Assembly (NCBI GenBank): GCA_016929875.1
Contig: JAFGHZ010000053.1
Coordinates: forward strand, 1 to 35,579
DNA: 35,579 nucleotides
Reading direction: 5' to 3'
DNA from: Dehalococcoidales bacterium
GTDB lineage: Bacteria; Chloroflexota; Dehalococcoidia; Dehalococcoidales; Fen-1064
Position 1 is the stretch's first letter. Each line of letters starts with the position of its first letter. The notes under the pieces were generated by a model that made no database searches, was not told where the DNA came from, and saw only the letters and a program-made list of their open reading frames with translations. Position numbers and translations under genes: made by a program. Of the stretch, positions 32,625 to 35,579 are shown one piece after another.

Positions 32625-33185
32625 TCAAAGTTTTGCGGCGATTTCTTTCGCCCATGCCCTGATATTGTCCCAATTACGGGTGTCGTAAAGCCCCGGCTTT
32701 ATTTCTTTAAATCCGGCCTCTTCTATTTTGGGTTTGAAACTTCCCAGTGTTTTCCTGAGTAAAAAGAACATTTGATTATAGTCCCAGACGCCCCCGAATA
32801 TGACCATAGAAACGGGATGGAGGTTGTATTTTGCGGCTTTGTCCTCGAGATATTGTTTTCTCGCCTTTTCGATTTCATCAGTCTTCTTGTCGTACTCAAG
32901 TAATGCCTGAGCTCCGGAGGACACGAAAAGCGCCACTTTCTTGCTCGCCAGCTCTTTCTGGAACTTTCCCAGGAAACTTTCGGCGGCGCCGGTCCATTTT
33001 GCCATCTGCATTCCGCTGCCGATGATGACCAGGTCGTATTCCGCAATAGCTTTGACCTTTCCTTTGCCGACGTTAACCACCCTGACATCTAATCCTTCAT
33101 TCCGAAGGACTTTGGCGATTTCATCCGAGGTACTAGCAGTAGCGCCGTACCGTGTTCCGTAGGCGATGAGAACTTTTTTGGACAT
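32625..33185 (-). CDS. Flavodoxin-domain protein (HemG/Flavodoxin_5-like)
   Basis: I place the start at the ATG at 33185, preceded by aaggagggg (MSKKVLIAYGTRYGATASTSDEIAKVL...), rather than at the ORF-track start 33287. The protein is 186 aa with a typical flavodoxin N-terminus. Confidence 0.8.
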   Translation of the reverse strand: MSKKVLIAYGTRYGATASTSDEIAKVLRNEGLDVRVVNVGKGKVKAIAEYDLVIIGSGMQMAKWTGAAESFLGKFQKELASKKVALFVSSGAQALLEYDKKTDEIEKARKQYLEDKAAKYNLHPVSMVIFGGVWDYNQMFFLLRKTLGSFKPKIEEAGFKEIKPGLYDTRNWDNIRAWAKEIAAKL

Positions 33186-33402
33186 TTTCCCCTCCTTGAG
33201 CTTACAGCTATTGTATCCGATAGTTGTTGCCTGTACAACTATCGTTCCCGTACTAAGGTACTGTGCAAGAACAGGCACGAGGGGCATTTTCCCCTTCTTG
33301 TTCGATTGAGATGAATATTGATTTCGCCTGCTTGGTAGGTTATAATTTTGGCGATATCCAATCTCGACAAAGAAGAGCAGTACTGCTAGTCGCTGAAGAA
33401 AT

Positions 33403-35579
33403 ATGGAAAAGAACTATTCTAATTTTCAAGAAGCCGTCGACCGCGCTGAAAAGCTCGGTGATGTGGCACGTAGAGTAGCGGAAGAGTCCATTCGCGCCTC
33501 TCAAGAGGCTATGGTCCGGACCGAGGAAATCTGCCAGGAAGCGGTCGACGTTTCGGAAAAGGCCAAGAAAGAATCCACGGAGGCGGTCAAAAAGGCGGAT
33601 GCAAATACCAGACTTGCCGTCCAGACCATAGAAAAGGCTCAGGAAAACCTGGAAGCCGTTGTCAAGAAAGCCAACGAGACAATCAGGGCAAATAAGGAAG
33701 CCACGGATGCTATTATCATCAAGTTCAATGACTTTGTAGCGCAAGTTCAGGCGGCCAATGAAGAAGCCAATAAATCCGTAAAAGAGTCTATCAAGACCGT
33801 ACAAGAGTCGATACGCCGTGCTGAAGAAACCGCCGGTTCATCGCGGAAAATCGCCGAAGAGGCAATGCGTCGTGCCGAAGAGTCCGCCAATCTTTCGCGT
33901 AAGGCGGCTGAGGAGACGACGCGTCGTGTCGAAGAGACCGTCAACGTATCGCGAAAAATTGCCGAAGATACGATGCGTCAGGCTGAAGAGGCTGCCAATT
34001 CGTCGCGGAAGGTAGCCGAAGAATCCATTCTTATTTCTAAATCAGCCCTGCAGAAGATTGAAGAGACGGGACAGGCGACAAAAACGGCGACTGCCGAATT
34101 ACAGCAAACTGCCCGCGAGGCTGTCGGGCAAGTCGAGAAAATTGACGAACTTACCAGAAAGACGATTGATGCATCGCGTAAGAAGTACGAAGAAGCCGTC
34201 TCACGATTAGATAAAATCTCCAAGCAGACCCAGCAGGTTATCGGGGATTTCGAGGCAAAAGCCCAGGAATTAATTGCCCGGAGTGAAAATAGAATAAAGA
34301 TTGCCGGCGAAGCTGCCGAGCGTTACCAAACAACTACCGATGAAGCTGTCCTTAAAACCGAGAGATTGACGCAATCCGTGCAACAGCTGGTATCGGAAGC
34401 CCATGCGAAGTCGAAAGATGCCATTGCCAAAGCCGAAGCGGCATATACGTCTGCGGTAAAAAGTACCGGAGAATATGAAGATAATTACCGGAAAATAATC
34501 GGAAAAGCCGAGGGTGCGATTCAAACTGTCAAGGCATCCAGCGATGCCCTGATGACCGAGGTGGAGAACCATAAAGCGGAATTAGAAAACCGGGTGAACA
34601 ACCTTGCTCAGATTATTGAGGAAACAAGGAAAACGTCTGCCGGAGCAGTAACTAAAGCCGAGCGGGTTGTCGAAGAAGCGAGGAAGGCATCTACCGAGGC
34701 AGTGAGTAAAGCTGAGAAGATCGAGCAAATGGCACTGGATGCCGCGGACGCATCCAAAAAAGCCATTGACTCGGCTAGCGAGCGGGTAAATGAAATCGAG
34801 AGAACCATCCGACAAACTGTCGAAACGGTACGAAACACCACTGTTGAGGCGGTGAATAGAGCCGAGAAAATCGGACAGGAGGCCTCGGCTGCGGCTGACG
34901 CCGCAAATAAAGCCGTCGATTCCGTGAATGCGCGGGCCGATGAGGCTGAAGAGACTGTTCGGAAAGCTGTCGAAACGTTGCAAAAAGGTGTTGCCGAGGC
35001 AGTGGACAGGGTTGAACAGTCCGGCAAGATAATACAGGAAACTGCGGCTGGTGCCGAGAAAGCCCACGCGGATGCAATTTCCCAAATCGATGAAATCGGG
35101 AAGGATGTCCTGGAGGTTGTCGAACTGGCGAAAAAAGAGTCTGCCGAGGCGGCTGTTAAAGCGGAGCAAACCGGGAAAACGGCACTGGAATCTGCTGAAG
35201 GTTCTAGAAAAGCGACTGCCGAGGCGCTGGAACAGATAGAGCAAATCGGGGAATCGGTCAGGGCCGTCAATCAAAATTTGATAGCTGAAATCACTAATGC
35301 CACTGACGTTGTCAAGGAATCAAACCGGAACACGGTTGATTCTCAGGAGAATGCAATTACGGTAATGAAGGAGATGGCGGAGTCAGCACGTAAGGAATCC
35401 GGGGAAGCGATTGCGAAGTCCGAAAGAATGAGGGAATCTACCCTGGCAGTGCTCAGAACTACAATCGATGAAATGAAACGATTGACCGAGCAGTCTAACG
35501 AAGCATCGCGCGATGTGATGAGACAAGCCGAAAAAGCGAGCCAACTGGCGAGAAATAGCGCTAAAATCGCTATGGAAGC
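33403..35579 (+). CDS. Very long alpha-helical (coiled-coil-like) A/E/K/R-rich repeat protein, over 725 aa, 3' end outside the window
   Basis: Not in the ORF track (no stop in the window). An in-frame TGA at 33394-33396 precedes the ATG at 33403. My translation reads MEKNYSNFQEAVDRAEKLGDVARRVAEESIRASQEAM... and stays open to 35579. There is no signal peptide or TM. A recurring motif x-R/K-K-x-S/T-x-EAV-x-KAE occurs, and there are four exact-length 18-aa tandem units. Confidence 0.75.
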   Translation, partial: MEKNYSNFQEAVDRAEKLGDVARRVAEESIRASQEAMVRTEEICQEAVDVSEKAKKESTEAVKKADANTRLAVQTIEKAQENLEAVVKKANETIRANKEATDAIIIKFNDFVAQVQAANEEANKSVKESIKTVQESIRRAEETAGSSRKIAEEAMRRAEESANLSRKAAEETTRRVEETVNVSRKIAEDTMRQAEEAANSSRKVAEESILISKSALQKIEETGQATKTATAELQQTAREAVGQVEKIDELTRKTIDASRKKYEEAVSRLDKISKQTQQVIGDFEAKAQELIARSENRIKIAGEAAERYQTTTDEAVLKTERLTQSVQQLVSEAHAKSKDAIAKAEAAYTSAVKSTGEYEDNYRKIIGKAEGAIQTVKASSDALMTEVENHKAELENRVNNLAQIIEETRKTSAGAVTKAERVVEEARKASTEAVSKAEKIEQMALDAADASKKAIDSASERVNEIERTIRQTVETVRNTTVEAVNRAEKIGQEASAAADAANKAVDSVNARADEAEETVRKAVETLQKGVAEAVDRVEQSGKIIQETAAGAEKAHADAISQIDEIGKDVLEVVELAKKESAEAAVKAEQTGKTALESAEGSRKATAEALEQIEQIGESVRAVNQNLIAEITNATDVVKESNRNTVDSQENAITVMKEMAESARKESGEAIAKSERMRESTLAVLRTTIDEMKRLTEQSNEASRDVMRQAEKASQLARNSAKIAME
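33814..34029 (+). repeat. Four in-frame tandem 54-bp repeats inside the coiled-coil gene
   Basis: The units are 33814-33867, 33868-33921, 33922-33975 and 33976-34029. They encode RRAEETAGSSRKIAEEAM / RRAEESANLSRKAAEETT / RRVEETVNVSRKIAEDTM / RQAEEAANSSRKVAEESI. Confidence 0.8.

Noticed and set aside
33340-35274. Stack of long minus-strand ORFs (154, 100, 230, 220 aa and others), two of them overlapping in different frames
   Set aside because: These are artefacts of the extreme codon/composition bias of the plus-strand coiled-coil gene (few TTA/CTA/TCA triplets in the sense strand). The translations are S/F/L/R-rich and have no starts with SDs.

Overview
This is a 35.6-kb chromosomal segment of about 50% GC, judged by eye. 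Housekeeping genes sit on both strands: ftsK (5' part), rnj, family-4 UDG, glyA, prs, secA, valS, coaBC, coaX and an initiator tRNA-Met. Lower-GC accessory blocks are interleaved with them. Gene content (RNase J, type III pantothenate kinase, an ECF sigma with a long anti-sigma, an RRM/RGG protein) suggests a Chloroflexota/Dehalococcoidia-like or other Gram-positive-type anaerobe, but that is inference only. Two real genes are missing from the ORF track because they run off the window: ftsK (1-1274, minus) and a long alpha-helical repeat protein of more than 725 aa (33403-35579, plus). No CRISPR array, transposase, integrase, reverse transcriptase or rRNA was seen.

The parts most worth a second look are:
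1. An ECF sigma/anti-sigma module. An exact TGTAACAA-N15-CGTT motif occurs three times on the minus strand, once before the sigma gene and twice before a three-gene secreted cargo operon (19.1-23.3 kb).
2. A divergent pair of an Rsm22-like methyltransferase and a spore-photoproduct-lyase-like radical SAM enzyme (23.8-26.2 kb).
3. A very AT-rich two-gene islet wedged between an MFS transporter and valS (12.4-13.5 kb).
4. A zinc-ribbon / DEAD-box / RRM cluster whose first gene has an 11-bp perfect hairpin covering the SD-to-ATG region, plus a box shared between two 5' UTRs (27.9-30.1 kb).
5. A PurF paralog with the Ntn cysteine replaced by alanine.
6. Two unrelated families of intergenic repeats.
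7. Two promoter-to-terminator leader units, upstream of an MFS gene and of valS.

All family assignments come from reading the translations. No database search was possible.
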